The position numbers and the translations under genes were made by a program. From a virus (lineage: Duplodnaviria; Caudoviricetes): a stretch of 64,000 nt of DNA. The stretch covers positions 1-64,000 of IMG/VR virus record IMGVR_UViG_2862784999_000001; one strand, given 5' to 3'. Shown here one piece after another: positions 46,280-56,212 of this stretch (within the stretch, counting starts at the first letter, position 1; each line of letters opens with the position of its first letter). Under the pieces are notes generated by a model. It saw only the letters and a list, made by a program, of their open reading frames with translations, was not told the DNA's origin and ran no database searches.

Positions 46280-46675
46280 TCACGCCGCTGCCTCTTCCGT
46301 CGGCAACGCCCAGCAGGCATCAGTGCAGTCGCGCCCCTCGTGTGGCAGCCCGCCCTCGCTCATCTCCTCGAAGGAGACGGTCCGCATCGCCTGGAGGCAC
46401 CAGGCGCCCTTGGGTGTAAGCCATGCGCCGTTGACGCTCGATCCGTGCTCGGTCAGCTCGGCCACGTCGATGACGGACATGATGATGTGGTGCGCCGCGC
46501 CACCGCCGGTGAGGGTTTCCGCTAGCCGCCAGCCTTCATTCTCGTAGTAGGGGGCGAGCGAGAGGAGGTCGCGGACCAGCACGTAAGCCTCGTCGGGGTT
46601 ACCGCAGCCGCAGAGTCCGAGGTCTTCGTAGAAGATCCTGTTCAGATGGTCGCGGACCGCTTCATCCACGCTCAT
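46280..46675 (-). CDS. Hypothetical protein
   Basis: LCGCGNP...TEHGSSVNGAWLTPKG. Confidence 0.7.
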   Translation of the reverse strand: MSVDEAVRDHLNRIFYEDLGLCGCGNPDEAYVLVRDLLSLAPYYENEGWRLAETLTGGGAAHHIIMSVIDVAELTEHGSSVNGAWLTPKGAWCLQAMRTVSFEEMSEGGLPHEGRDCTDACWALPTEEAAA

Positions 46676-47391
46676 GCCGCTACCCCCGCCGCTTCGGCGA
46701 GTACGGCGTCTTGTGCGGCCCGGAGTTCCCGCCACTCCCCCAGCGTCTCCCACCGCTGCCCGCAGGTGTCGCAGTGGACGCGGTGGCTGTCGGCGCGGGC
46801 GGTGAGCGGCTTCCAGCAGAGTTGCCCGTCGGGCCGGGCCGGGCAGTTGCCGATTTTGACGCGGCCGGGGCGGCGGACGTCGTTGACGATCGCCGCGCAC
46901 TCGGCGTGCAGCTTCCGCAGGTCGTCGATGTCTTGGCCGACTGAGTCGTAGGAGTCGGCAGCCCACGGCAGATTGTTGAGCAGGAACGTCACCAGATGCG
47001 GGACCGTTTGTGCCGCACTGCCGCGCCAGGGTGCGACGGTCCAGCCGAGGGCCTGCCGCCACGAGTCCTCGACCGCCGACAGCCTGGCCGCGACACCGCC
47101 GGGCCCGACGAGGGAGAGTACTTCGAGGCGGGGCGGGATCGGCGGCGTCTTCGTCCCCGAACTTCCCCCGCCTGTCCGGGAGGCGCCCCGCATCAGTGCG
47201 GCCGTCGTGTTCAGGCGCTGGAAGAGGGCGGGGAGTTCGGTGAGCCGCACGCGGGTCTTGTCTTCACAGGGCCGGCATATCTGGCGGCCGAGCTCGTCGG
47301 CCCACAACTGGTGGGCCCGGGTTCCGTCGGCGGGTCCGGCGGCGCAGGTCGGCCATTCGTATCCGTCGTCGGGGGTGGGGTGGTCGTGCAT
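46672..47391 (-). CDS. Zn-finger protein, possible late-gene regulator
   Basis: CRPC...LP.L...PPRLEVL...CP....C...CDTCGQRW; upstream of the late operon. Confidence 0.65.
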   Translation of the reverse strand: MHDHPTPDDGYEWPTCAAGPADGTRAHQLWADELGRQICRPCEDKTRVRLTELPALFQRLNTTAALMRGASRTGGGSSGTKTPPIPPRLEVLSLVGPGGVAARLSAVEDSWRQALGWTVAPWRGSAAQTVPHLVTFLLNNLPWAADSYDSVGQDIDDLRKLHAECAAIVNDVRRPGRVKIGNCPARPDGQLCWKPLTARADSHRVHCDTCGQRWETLGEWRELRAAQDAVLAEAAGVAA

Positions 47392-47725
47392 CGTGCGGCT
47401 CCTCGGCGGTGGTACGGGAAGCAGTGACGCTAGGGCCAATGGTGCCCTATGTGACCGACAAGCCGGGCCAATGGCCCTGTCCTAGTCCTCATTGGGGCCG
47501 GCTTGGCGTCGCGCCGTGTAGTAGGTGAGGGCGGCACGTTGCCGGCGGCTCGCTGTCTGTCCGGTCGCGAGGTATCGGACGAGCACCCAGAAGCGGGCGG
47601 TGAATCGCTTGAGGCGTTCCATCTGTGAGGCCCTCTCGGATCGTTGGTGCATGGACTGTCGTGCGGGAGTGGTCGCTTTATCGATTCCTACCCTGCTCCG
47701 TTACCGGCCTTGCAACACTGCCGCC

Positions 47726-47923
47726 ATGAGCGACGTCGTCTACATGGTGCGGGCGCGAACCGAAGCGGCCTGCAAGCGGGAGTTGGCGCGGATCTGCGAG
47801 CGTATGGACGCCGAGGTCGCCACCGATCCCACGGACGCAGCTGGCCGTCACTGGGTTGCGCGGGCTGTTCCCCGAACGGCAAAGGCCCCGACCGCGGACG
47901 GTCGAGGCCCTGTCTCCGGCTAG
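47726..47923 (+). CDS. Hypothetical protein
   Basis: MSDVVYMVRARTEAACKRELARIC...WVARA. Confidence 0.55.
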   Translation: MSDVVYMVRARTEAACKRELARICERMDAEVATDPTDAAGRHWVARAVPRTAKAPTADGRGPVSG

Positions 47924-47926
47924 CAG

Positions 47927-48412
47927 CTACTCGTCTTCCTGCTCCAGTTGTGCGGCGAGGGCGTTGAAGGCGGTCACGTAGCGGTTGGCTGCCGAGAGCG
48001 TCTGGCTTTCGGGGGTGACGTTGAACGTCTGTGCGGCCCCGTTCCCGAAGGTCACGTTGATGACGGCCGCACCCTTGTTCTTGCGGCCGGTGGCGGCAGC
48101 TGAAGCGCCCATCGTTGCCGCCCCGGCAATGAGCCGGGTCGCTGTCCAGCCCTTGTGGGCGCCGGCGTTGACGAACTCCGCGGATCCGCCCTTGATCGGC
48201 CCGAGGTTGGTGACGCCCATCTTCGACGACGGCCACATTCTCATCGTCGCGGCCGTGTTCATCGTGCGCTCGGCCGGATGGGCTTCTCGCCACGCTTTGA
48301 GCGCGGCCTTGTCGGCGGCCTTCTGGTCGGCTGCTTCACCGCGGATCCGCTGCTTCTCTGCCTTCGCGGCAGCCTTCTGTGCGGTCTTCTCCGGGTCCTG
48401 CTTGAAGAACAT
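47927..48412 (-). CDS. Hypothetical protein
   Basis: Lys/Ala-rich N-terminus; TATRL..G.AT.G. Confidence 0.7.
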   Translation of the reverse strand: MFFKQDPEKTAQKAAAKAEKQRIRGEAADQKAADKAALKAWREAHPAERTMNTAATMRMWPSSKMGVTNLGPIKGGSAEFVNAGAHKGWTATRLIAGAATMGASAAATGRKNKGAAVINVTFGNGAAQTFNVTPESQTLSAANRYVTAFNALAAQLEQEDE

Positions 48413-48521
48413 GACGCCCCCTCGGTGCGAGTCCAAGGGGGCATCATGCGCCTGCTGCCGGAGCGGTGGGGTCGGGAGTGCCCGAGTTGTAGCCGATCGA
48501 GGACATCGAGATGGAGCGTGG

Positions 48522-48794
48522 CTACGTCCACACGCCGTCGATGTAGGCGCGGGCCGCGGCGTCGACGTCGGCTGTCTGCCCGGCGGCGATGGCGAGGAGT
48601 GGCGCCTGGTCGTTGAGGTGCGGGTTCATGCCGATCATCCAGTTGCGGGCGGTCGCCTCCTCTTCCTGGTCGGCTATGTGCCGGAAGATGCGGTGTGCGG
48701 CTTCCCGCTGTTCGGCGTCGGTGAGACGGTCGGTGAGCGGTTCGCCGAGCCAGGCGGTCAGGTCGGTGGTGGTGCGGTCGGATGTTCGGGTCAC
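48522..48794 (-). CDS. Hypothetical protein (toxin-binding/antitoxin-like)
   Basis: ARNWMIGMNPHLNDQAPLLAI. Confidence 0.6.
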   Translation of the reverse strand: MTRTSDRTTTDLTAWLGEPLTDRLTDAEQREAAHRIFRHIADQEEEATARNWMIGMNPHLNDQAPLLAIAAGQTADVDAAARAYIDGVWT

Positions 48795-49050
48795 GCCTGC
48801 TCCTTCATGCTCGCCGGGCGAGCGTCGCTTCTGTGATCGACCGGGCTACAGCGCCGAGTCGAAGGTGATCGGTCGGACTGGCGGCCGGTCGGCGCGGACG
48901 GTGATCCGGCCTGCGGTGTCGCGGCTGGCCGGCTTGATGGCGGACAGGGGCGTGTGCGGGCGCCGGGCCGGTGGGGCGGAGCGGCGGGGGATGTCGGTGA
49001 CGGTCATGTCAGCAGTGTGCTCTCGGCTCCTTCTCATCGGGTCCTTTCGG

Positions 49051-49560
49051 TTAGAGCCCACGGCTGTGGGCGAGTTCGGCTGCGCGTTCGAGGTAGCGGG
49101 CGGGGAGTCGGGGGTCGCGCTGGTTGTCGTTCCAGCTGGGGATGGTGTTGGCGTGGGGGAAGTCGCGGCGGATCGCTTCGAGGAGCACCACGCAGGCGTC
49201 GTCGGCCTGGCCGCGACTGTCGGCTGCGGCCTGGATGGCGCCGATGAGGCAGCGGGCGCCCTGCTCGTTTCGCAGCCCTCCGGTGCACCAGCCGGCTGCG
49301 TCGAGGCGGAGCCGGGCGCGGTGGAGGGTGGCGGCGATCGGCGTGGGGTACGGGCAGGGCGCCGCAGTGGGGGTGAGCGGCAATGGCGCGGTGATCTCGG
49401 GGATGGGGTCGGCGGCGGGGATGTGGGCGGTGTCGACTTCGAAGGTGAGGTTGGCGAGGGTGAGGCGTGCGTCCATGACGAGGCCCACCTCGACCAGCCG
49501 CGCGTCCAGGTCGAGTTCGACCGGGGCGGCGGCTCTCGCGGTCGTGGCGGGCGCGGTCAT
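49051..49560 (-). CDS. DUF6197-like protein
   Basis: LHRARLRLDAAGWC.G....GARCLIGAI...IPSWND. Confidence 0.7.
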   Translation of the reverse strand: MTAPATTARAAAPVELDLDARLVEVGLVMDARLTLANLTFEVDTAHIPAADPIPEITAPLPLTPTAAPCPYPTPIAATLHRARLRLDAAGWCTGGLRNEQGARCLIGAIQAAADSRGQADDACVVLLEAIRRDFPHANTIPSWNDNQRDPRLPARYLERAAELAHSRGL

Positions 49561-50351
49561 CAGGCGGCGACCTTGGCGGGTGCTCCGGTGCCCTTGCATT
49601 CGGGGCAGACGACGAGGAGTTGTTCGTTGCCGAATGCGGCATGGATCTTGCCGTGGCCGGAGCACTTCCAGCACTTCCCGGCGGCGATGGCCTTGCCGAC
49701 GGGCATGAACTTGTTCTGCTTGATCCACTGCTCGTCGGTCATGCCGGAGTCGGTGACGACCTTCGACGGCATCGGCTCGGGCTGCGGGTCGGCGGCCTGC
49801 TTGGCTTCTTCGCTGGCCTGCGCGTACCAGGCGCCGCCGACGCTGCTGCCGCCGTGCTTCTGACGTTCGTGGGTGCGTAGGCCGGCGGTGGCGGCCTTGG
49901 CGTCGCGGTAGCGGGGCTTCTCCTTCTTGCCGCAGGGGCAGGCCCAGCCGAGCAGGCCGGTGCTCTTGTCGGGGCCGAACCGGCTGGCCTTGTAGACGGC
50001 CCACTTAGAGACTCGCTGCTTGGTGGGCTTGGCCGGGCAGCGCTTGGCGCCGGTGAAGGCGCCGCTCTTCTTGTCCTTGGTGTAGACCTGCCCGAGACCC
50101 TTACAGGTGGGGCAGCCTTCATGGGTCAGCTTGAGGATCGCGGCGTTCTTGCGGGAGAGGACGGTGTCGTCATGGTTCTCCAGCCTCTTCACCGCGAAGA
50201 GGACCATCCGGGATCCGATCTGGGCGTGGAGGGGGCCGGTACGGGGGACCTTGACGCGGCCGACGGACTTCTTCCGCGACGAGGTGCGGGCGGCGGGCTT
50301 GCGGCCCTTCGCGGCGGTGCGCCGGGCCGGCTGCTTGCGCTTCGGGGGCAT
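49560..50351 (-). CDS. Basic multi-Zn-finger (DnaJ-type CxxCxGxG) protein
   Basis: CPTCKGLG, CWKCSGHG, CPECKGTG; follows traB. Confidence 0.75.
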   Translation of the reverse strand: MPPKRKQPARRTAAKGRKPAARTSSRKKSVGRVKVPRTGPLHAQIGSRMVLFAVKRLENHDDTVLSRKNAAILKLTHEGCPTCKGLGQVYTKDKKSGAFTGAKRCPAKPTKQRVSKWAVYKASRFGPDKSTGLLGWACPCGKKEKPRYRDAKAATAGLRTHERQKHGGSSVGGAWYAQASEEAKQAADPQPEPMPSKVVTDSGMTDEQWIKQNKFMPVGKAIAAGKCWKCSGHGKIHAAFGNEQLLVVCPECKGTGAPAKVAA

Positions 50352-50407
50352 GATCGGAACTCCTCTTCAAGAACGTCATATATATGGATCAATAGGGTGG
50401 CAATGGG

Positions 50408-50531
50408 CCGTCTTTGGCCCGGCAAGGCCCCGTCTACGGCCCGGCTAGGCGATCAAGGGGATCCGCTGGTAGCCGGGCCATAGACGGCCCGAAGACGGGG
50501 GTCAGGCGGCCCGAAGACGGGCTTTAGCCGG
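50408..50531. repeat. Head-to-head 11-bp-phased repeat arrays, candidate clt / TraB-recognition locus
   Basis: CCGTCT/CCGGCA/CCGTCT/CCGGCT at 50408, 50419, 50430, 50441; AG(A/C/G)CGG at 50471, 50482, 50493, 50504, 50515, 50526. Confidence 0.75.
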
Positions 50532-52580
50532 GTCAATGAGCCCCGCAGCGGCCTGCTCGACCGCTCCACGCGACCAACCTCGGACCTGCTTGCCGTCCCA
50601 CTCCTGGCGGGTCGATGCCACCGCTGGCGCATGCTTGCGCAGCACCTGCGCCAGACTCGTCGCATCCAGTTCGAAGCCGGCTTCGCCAAGCGCGGGCAGC
50701 AGTTCCTCGGTCGTCGGCAAGAAGGGCTTCTCCCCGAACGTCCGCAGCAGGAAGGCGACGGTGCGCGCGTCGTCCACGCCGCCCTGCGCGTCGAGGGCTT
50801 CGAGCCGGTCTGCGAGTGAGACCTCGCCCGCCTGGCCGTCTCGGCGGATGACGTGCAGGAGGTCCGCCGCGGCGAGGCTGGCGTGGTCGAACCAGGGCCG
50901 GCCTGCCTGCTCGCGCTCCCTGACGGCCTGCCGGATCTGGTCTCGCTCGAAGCGGTTCCAGCGCCACAGGACGGGCCGGTCGAAGCCGGGGCCTGCCATA
51001 TAGAACTTGCCTGCGTCGTAGACGCGTTCGTCATCGACTGCGGGCCGCAGCCGGTCCGGGCGGTAGCCCATGGCGCTGGCTCCCTTTCCGAGGACGAGGG
51101 GAATGTCCTCGCTTCGGGAGGCGAGCATGACGCGGTAGGTGACCGCGCTGGCGATGGCGTCGCCGAGTGAGTCCTGGGTGGCTTCCTGCGCAGCGAAGAT
51201 CAGGTAGACGCCGGTCTCCCGACCGATACGGATGATCTCGATGGCGAGGTCTTTGGCCTCCTGCGGCAGGAAGATGAACTCGTCGACGATGCCGAAGATC
51301 GCCGGGTCCTCGGGGGTGGGTTCCCACAGGTCACCCATCTCCTTGGCCGACTTGACCTGGTTGCGGCCGGACGCGATATCGCGCATCCACCGGAGCTTCT
51401 CTGTGCATTCCTTGCCTCCGCGGATGGGCGGCAGGGCCATGACCTCAGAGAACTCGCGGATGCCGTCCTTGACGGGGTCCATCTCGATGGCGATGGCGTC
51501 CCGGCATGCCGTGATTACTTCGGCGAGGCTTCGCAGTGCACCCTTGGTCTTCGCGGACCCGGACGAGCCGATGATCAGCATGAACATTCCACGCAGGCGC
51601 AGCTCCAGCGATGAACCGTCCATGCAGCGGCCGTAGACCACGGCGTCCCGAACCGAGAGGCTGTTCGGCGCGTGGACCGCAGGGCGCGGCATGTCGGCGA
51701 ACGGGTCCGTCTGCACGAGGCGCAGCGTGACGTGGGAGTTGTCGTCGAGGTCCGGCTCGATGAGCGTTCCGCCAGTCCCGATCCCGAAGTGGGAGTCCAG
51801 TTGGTCGGCGACCGCGTTGACCTTGCCGGGGGTGGCTCCCTTGAGGACGACGTCGATCTCCCAGCCCCAGCCGCGGTATCCGAGGACGCGCACGCTGCGC
51901 GTTCCGATGCCCTCCCAGGCAAACGCACGCGAGATGCACTCCTCGACCTGGCCCGGGGACTGGCAGACGGCGAGAGGATAGGGCTCGTCGGAGTCCGGGT
52001 TGTCCTGCTCGGCGATCATCATCTGGGGTGCGATGTCGGGACGCTGGTCGCGGTAACGGCCGTACAGGGTGATGCCGACGCCCGCCGCGAGACCGGTCAC
52101 GGTCGGAGGGATCGCGGTGGACAGGCCAACCGCGTCGAGACTGGTGCCCTCAGCGAGCGCGATCCAGCCGGCCAGGTTCAGCCCGGCGGTGACGCCTCCC
52201 GTCCAGCCGAGGAACCGCCACCGGGAGTGCCGCTCCTGCTTGACCTTGTTCCAGTCGGACGACTTCGCCATGCCACCGATGACCTCTTGGAGATCGTGGG
52301 CGCGGACGTAGCGCCAGCCGAGGAACGAGACGGCCTTCATCCCGATGCTGAAGTAGCGGACGGACAGCCCGGTGAAGCGCGCGGTCCGGGAAAGGGCGAC
52401 CATGCTGGCCCCGCCCGCCTTCGCGAGGACGGGCACGCGCGGCTCGTAGGTGGCGACGATGCCGGGCGCGATGTCGTCGACGTCCTCACCGGAAAGGTCG
52501 TCGGGGACTTCGAGCTCGCCCGGGATCACCTTAGACAGGTCCCAGCCGGCGGGGAAGTCGGGGTGCTGATCGAGGCTCAT
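50502..52580 (-). CDS. traB: FtsK/SpoIIIE-family conjugative DNA translocase (Streptomyces TraB-like)
   Basis: N-terminal TM segments, Walker A GSSGSAKT, Walker B FGIVDEF, RIGRETGVYLIFAAQ, C-terminal winged-helix-like segment. Confidence 0.85.
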   Translation of the reverse strand: MSLDQHPDFPAGWDLSKVIPGELEVPDDLSGEDVDDIAPGIVATYEPRVPVLAKAGGASMVALSRTARFTGLSVRYFSIGMKAVSFLGWRYVRAHDLQEVIGGMAKSSDWNKVKQERHSRWRFLGWTGGVTAGLNLAGWIALAEGTSLDAVGLSTAIPPTVTGLAAGVGITLYGRYRDQRPDIAPQMMIAEQDNPDSDEPYPLAVCQSPGQVEECISRAFAWEGIGTRSVRVLGYRGWGWEIDVVLKGATPGKVNAVADQLDSHFGIGTGGTLIEPDLDDNSHVTLRLVQTDPFADMPRPAVHAPNSLSVRDAVVYGRCMDGSSLELRLRGMFMLIIGSSGSAKTKGALRSLAEVITACRDAIAIEMDPVKDGIREFSEVMALPPIRGGKECTEKLRWMRDIASGRNQVKSAKEMGDLWEPTPEDPAIFGIVDEFIFLPQEAKDLAIEIIRIGRETGVYLIFAAQEATQDSLGDAIASAVTYRVMLASRSEDIPLVLGKGASAMGYRPDRLRPAVDDERVYDAGKFYMAGPGFDRPVLWRWNRFERDQIRQAVREREQAGRPWFDHASLAAADLLHVIRRDGQAGEVSLADRLEALDAQGGVDDARTVAFLLRTFGEKPFLPTTEELLPALGEAGFELDATSLAQVLRKHAPAVASTRQEWDGKQVRGWSRGAVEQAAAGLIDPAKARLRAA

Positions 52581-53908
52581 GACGCGTCCTTCTGGCGGGC
52601 GTTACGGGTGCGGAGCAGATCGGCGTGCGCGCGTCCCGCGGCACGGTTGTATCGGGGCGTGTCGCCCTTCGTCCGTCGGGGCGGATTCGGCTTGTAGCCA
52701 GAGCGGGGTGTTTGGATCGCACGCTGCGCGTTCGTGGTCTTGCTGAGGGTGCTGACGGGGGTGCCGGTGAGGGCGGCTTCGACGCGCTTTTCGGCGGCGC
52801 GGCGGGAGCTGATGGACGTGATGGACTCGCCCGGGTCGGTGCCCTCGATGTTGCGGTAGGCGCGCGGCCACACGGCCGAGTCGTCCGGCTCCTTGCCGAG
52901 CGCGGCGCCGATCTTCACGGCCTCCTTCCAGACCTCCGGAAACTCCCGCTGCCGGGTCTCTCGAAGTTCCGTGCGTGCCTTCTCGGCAGCCTCCCTTGCG
53001 ACCTTCGCGTCGGCGGCGCGCTGCTTAGCTTCGGCGGCCAGACGCGCGGCCTCGGCGCGCTCGGTCTTGCGCTTCGCTCGCCGCTCGCGGCGGGTGAGTG
53101 CTCCGTCGCGCTTCCGGATGCGGCCGTGCTCGTGGAGATCCCACACACCGGGGCCGGCGACCGAGGCGAAGGCAGTCGCGATGGCCGTGGCGGGGTCGAA
53201 GGCGTTAAGGCCGTGCCACAGGTTGATCGCGGCGGCGATGAACGCGAGGAGCCAGGCGATGAGGCGGTAGTGCCAGTGCGGCCGGCGGGCGGCTACCGCG
53301 GCGGCGGCACCCTTGAGGACGACCCAGGCTCCGCCTTCGAGCATGAGCGGTGCGGCCATCAGCCAGAGGGCGTTGGGGTCGTAGAACGCGGCGACCTGTA
53401 CGGGGAGGGCGACGATCGCGCAGACGATGTAGAAGCCGCGGGCGTAGTCGCTCCACTTGTCCTCGGCCTTGGCCTGCTCAGCCTCGCCAGCCTCGGCCGC
53501 GTGCTTCTTCTTCTCGGCGGTCTGCGCCGCTTCCTCGCGAGCCCGGTCGGCGTCCTCCCGTCGCCGGTTGTGTTCGGCGATCCGCGCTTCGGAGGCGGCC
53601 TGTTCTTCGGCTTCCTTCCGCTCGTTGCGGTTGTTGGCGAGGGCGAGCTTCCGTGCTTCCTCGGCGGCCTTGGTGCGGATCGCTTCGGCTTCGGCTTCGG
53701 CGAGAATGCGCGCCTTCTCGACCTCGGCTTCGCTGCGGGCCCGGATCGCTGCGGCCTCGGCGGCAGCAACCAGGTCGACGGCCGGCTCGGCGGTCTCGAC
53801 CGGCTGGGGGCTGCTCTGTTCCTTGTCGGGCTGGGTGATGCGCCAGTCCGCGAACTGCACGGCGCGCGGCCTGGTGCTTCCGTTGGCGATAGACGGGCTG
53901 GCGGTCAT
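52577..53908 (-). CDS. Spd-like (DUF2637-like) multi-TM spreading/transfer protein
   Basis: Coiled coil, 4 TM helices (AAPLMLEG...AAINLWHG), coiled coil; ATGA-coupled to traB. Confidence 0.75.
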   Translation of the reverse strand: MTASPSIANGSTRPRAVQFADWRITQPDKEQSSPQPVETAEPAVDLVAAAEAAAIRARSEAEVEKARILAEAEAEAIRTKAAEEARKLALANNRNERKEAEEQAASEARIAEHNRRREDADRAREEAAQTAEKKKHAAEAGEAEQAKAEDKWSDYARGFYIVCAIVALPVQVAAFYDPNALWLMAAPLMLEGGAWVVLKGAAAAVAARRPHWHYRLIAWLLAFIAAAINLWHGLNAFDPATAIATAFASVAGPGVWDLHEHGRIRKRDGALTRRERRAKRKTERAEAARLAAEAKQRAADAKVAREAAEKARTELRETRQREFPEVWKEAVKIGAALGKEPDDSAVWPRAYRNIEGTDPGESITSISSRRAAEKRVEAALTGTPVSTLSKTTNAQRAIQTPRSGYKPNPPRRTKGDTPRYNRAAGRAHADLLRTRNARQKDAS

Positions 53909-53929
53909 GAGACTCGGTGTCCTTTCAGG

Positions 53930-54139
53930 TCAGCCGCGAGTGCGGCGGTCGACGAGGGCGGCGGTGATGCCGAAGACGGCGAACAGAACGACGAAACTGC
54001 CTGTCGTCACCAGCGGCTTCGGGAGTCCGGCGAGACTGAGGACGACGGTCGTCGCCATGGAGGCGATCACGGACGGGATGAAGATCGCGGACATCTGGGG
54101 GAGCGGATAGCGGCGCTTGAAGAAGGCGATGATCCGCAT
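53930..54139 (-). CDS. Small 2-TM membrane protein (Spd-like)
   Basis: Two TM segments; in the transfer operon. Confidence 0.6.
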   Translation of the reverse strand: MRIIAFFKRRYPLPQMSAIFIPSVIASMATTVVLSLAGLPKPLVTTGSFVVLFAVFGITAALVDRRTRG

Positions 54140-54140
54140 G

Positions 54141-54344
54141 TCACTCCCCCGTCCTGCGTCGGCTGCGGGTGGAGCGCCAGCCGAACGGGCCGGGCAGGTC
54201 CATCGACGTGGTGCGACGGCCGGTGGACGAGATCGTGTGGCGCGGGCCGGATCCGCCGCCCAACGTGACCGACCAGGAACGCCGGTTGATGTTGAGCCGG
54301 ACACCGGGGAAGATCCGGAAGCTCTGGCGGAACGTGATCGGCAT
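54141..54344 (-). CDS. DUF4236-like protein
   Basis: FRQSFRIFPGVRLNIN...SVTLG. Confidence 0.75.
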   Translation of the reverse strand: MPITFRQSFRIFPGVRLNINRRSWSVTLGGGSGPRHTISSTGRRTTSMDLPGPFGWRSTRSRRRTGE

Positions 54345-54655
54345 CAGACGCCCGCCGATCCGTGGCTGGTGTGGTCGGTGGCCATGCCTTCCAGAACGGC
54401 AAGCCGCGCTTGGGTGTGGTTGCGGGTCGCCCGGATCTCGACCGCGCAGCCCTCGACGGAACACCGGTACACCTGCGTCGTGACGCCCTTCATGACCGCC
54501 ATCAGCAGCCAGATGCCAGACGACAACATCGACAGGGCCACGGTGACCAGAGTCAGCGCCCCGACATCATGTACCGCCAGGTTCGCTACGGTGACGCCGG
54601 TGGTCACGCTGATCACCGCGCCGCCCGCCACCTCGGCGGGGTTCAGCTTCTTCAT
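54344..54655 (-). CDS. Small membrane protein with Zn-finger tail
   Basis: Two TM segments followed by CSVEGC...H..H. Confidence 0.65.
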   Translation of the reverse strand: MKKLNPAEVAGGAVISVTTGVTVANLAVHDVGALTLVTVALSMLSSGIWLLMAVMKGVTTQVYRCSVEGCAVEIRATRNHTQARLAVLEGMATDHTSHGSAGV

Positions 54656-54666
54656 GGGGACCTCTC

Positions 54667-54963
54667 TCAGATGGGCGCGCTGGTGCGCGCCTTGTGGAAT
54701 TCGCGAATGAACTCGTCGGTCAGGCCGGAGCCGATCGCGGCTCCGACCGGGCCGATGCCGGTCACGGAGGCGGCCCACAACTCCAGCCAAGCCGCCCGGA
54801 ACGCGATGTAGTTGAGGACGGGGCGGGCGGCACGCAGCGGGAACACGACCGCCCCCAGCCCGACCATCACGAGGAGGGCCAGGAGCCGCACCGTCCACCG
54901 GCCCACGAACCGGGCCGCCAGCGTGAGCCGGCCGGGCTTCGCGGTGATCAGATAGGCGTGCAC
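54667..54963 (-). CDS. Small membrane protein
   Basis: AGGAG RBS; one TM segment. Confidence 0.65.
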   Translation of the reverse strand: MHAYLITAKPGRLTLAARFVGRWTVRLLALLVMVGLGAVVFPLRAARPVLNYIAFRAAWLELWAASVTGIGPVGAAIGSGLTDEFIREFHKARTSAPI

Positions 54964-54982
54964 GGGAAGCTCCTCTCGGCGA

Positions 54983-55579
54983 TCAGCGGGTGGCGGGGGT
55001 TCGGACGGCCGCGTCGAGGGCGTCCCACACGCGTGTGCCGGGTCCGAGGTCGGGGTCGATGACCGTCACCTGCCAGGCGTCGGCGATCTCCTTCATGGCG
55101 TCCCGGCTCACCCCGGCCCAGATCTGGCGGAGGATCCGGGGCGGCAGGTAGGCGCCGAACTCGGTGTACGGCTCGCCGTCCCGCGTCGTCGCCGTGTAGC
55201 CCTGGCCCTGCGGAAGCAGCCACGGATGGGCGATCAGCACGATCACGCCGGCCGCCTCACCCGCCTTGCGGATCCGGGACATGAGCAGCTCGTCGGCGAC
55301 CAGACCGGACACGGCCGCCCGCTGCTGCCAGCGCAGACCGTCGAAGCCGACACCGTCGAACCCAGGCTGGGACTGGTCGGTGAGGAACCCGGCCCGGTTC
55401 AGGCGGGCCAGCGTCGGAGCGATCTCGACGGTCTCCTCGGCGGCACCATCCCGGTAGCCGGGCCACATCGACAGCTCGCCGTCCACCCAGCGGGCCATCA
55501 AGTCGGCCAGCTCGGGCAAGGTGCGGGCCCGGCGCCACAGCTTCATGTCGGCTTGGCGCTTACGCCAGTTGGTGAACAT
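54983..55579 (-). CDS. DUF6919-like hypothetical protein
   Basis: W..A.TL..L..L.ARW..G...LARLNRAGFLT..SQPG...QRAAVSG. Confidence 0.7.
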   Translation of the reverse strand: MFTNWRKRQADMKLWRRARTLPELADLMARWVDGELSMWPGYRDGAAEETVEIAPTLARLNRAGFLTDQSQPGFDGVGFDGLRWQQRAAVSGLVADELLMSRIRKAGEAAGVIVLIAHPWLLPQGQGYTATTRDGEPYTEFGAYLPPRILRQIWAGVSRDAMKEIADAWQVTVIDPDLGPGTRVWDALDAAVRTPATR

Positions 55580-55857
55580 CAGGCGGCCTCGGTCCAGGCG
55601 GTGAGCGCGTTCAGCTGGTCGACGAGCCGGGGTCCGAACGGCTGCGCAGCGTCGATCTCCTCGGCCCGGTCGAAGATCGCGGCCAGGGTCGGGGAGTCGT
55701 TCGACCGGTCCGCGGCGATCGCACGAAGCAGGAGCTCGGCGCCCTCGTCGCCGCGGACGGCCTCCCAGGAGTCATCGACCTGGGTGGCGCGGAGGCCAGC
55801 GGAGATCTCCCGGACAGTCGAGGAGACGGTGCGGAGGTCGGCATCGAAAACGAACAT
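55579..55857 (-). CDS. Hypothetical protein
   Basis: TGATG coupling to the next gene. Confidence 0.65.
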   Translation of the reverse strand: MFVFDADLRTVSSTVREISAGLRATQVDDSWEAVRGDEGAELLLRAIAADRSNDSPTLAAIFDRAEEIDAAQPFGPRLVDQLNALTAWTEAA

Positions 55858-56212
55858 GGGGGATCACAGACCCTTTCAAGGTCACAGGAACAGTCGGGGT
55901 AGAGCTGAGGTGGAGAGCCGCGCCGGCGGGTGCCGGGGGGGGAAGGATTTCTCCGCCAGCGCGGCCGTTCAGGGGCCCTACTTGGGCAAGGGGGTCTCGC
56001 TTCGCCGGTTGGCTTCGGCGACCTTCTTCGACATCGCGGCGCGCTCGTCGGCGGTCACCGTCGGCCTGCCACGACGAGGAATCGGTCCGACTCCAGGTCC
56101 ATGACGACCTCGACAGGCTGACCAGCCTTGCGGAGCTCGGCCGCCTTCTGCTCGGCCGGCCACGAGCCGCGTGGGCCACCGGCGGGGAAGCTGTCCAGGA
56201 TCTCGGCGCCCA

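Noticed and set aside
50408-50531. CRISPR array or replication iterons
   Set aside because: The units are 6-bp cores at 11-bp period with no unique spacers, and no cas or rep gene is nearby; the traB context fits clt better
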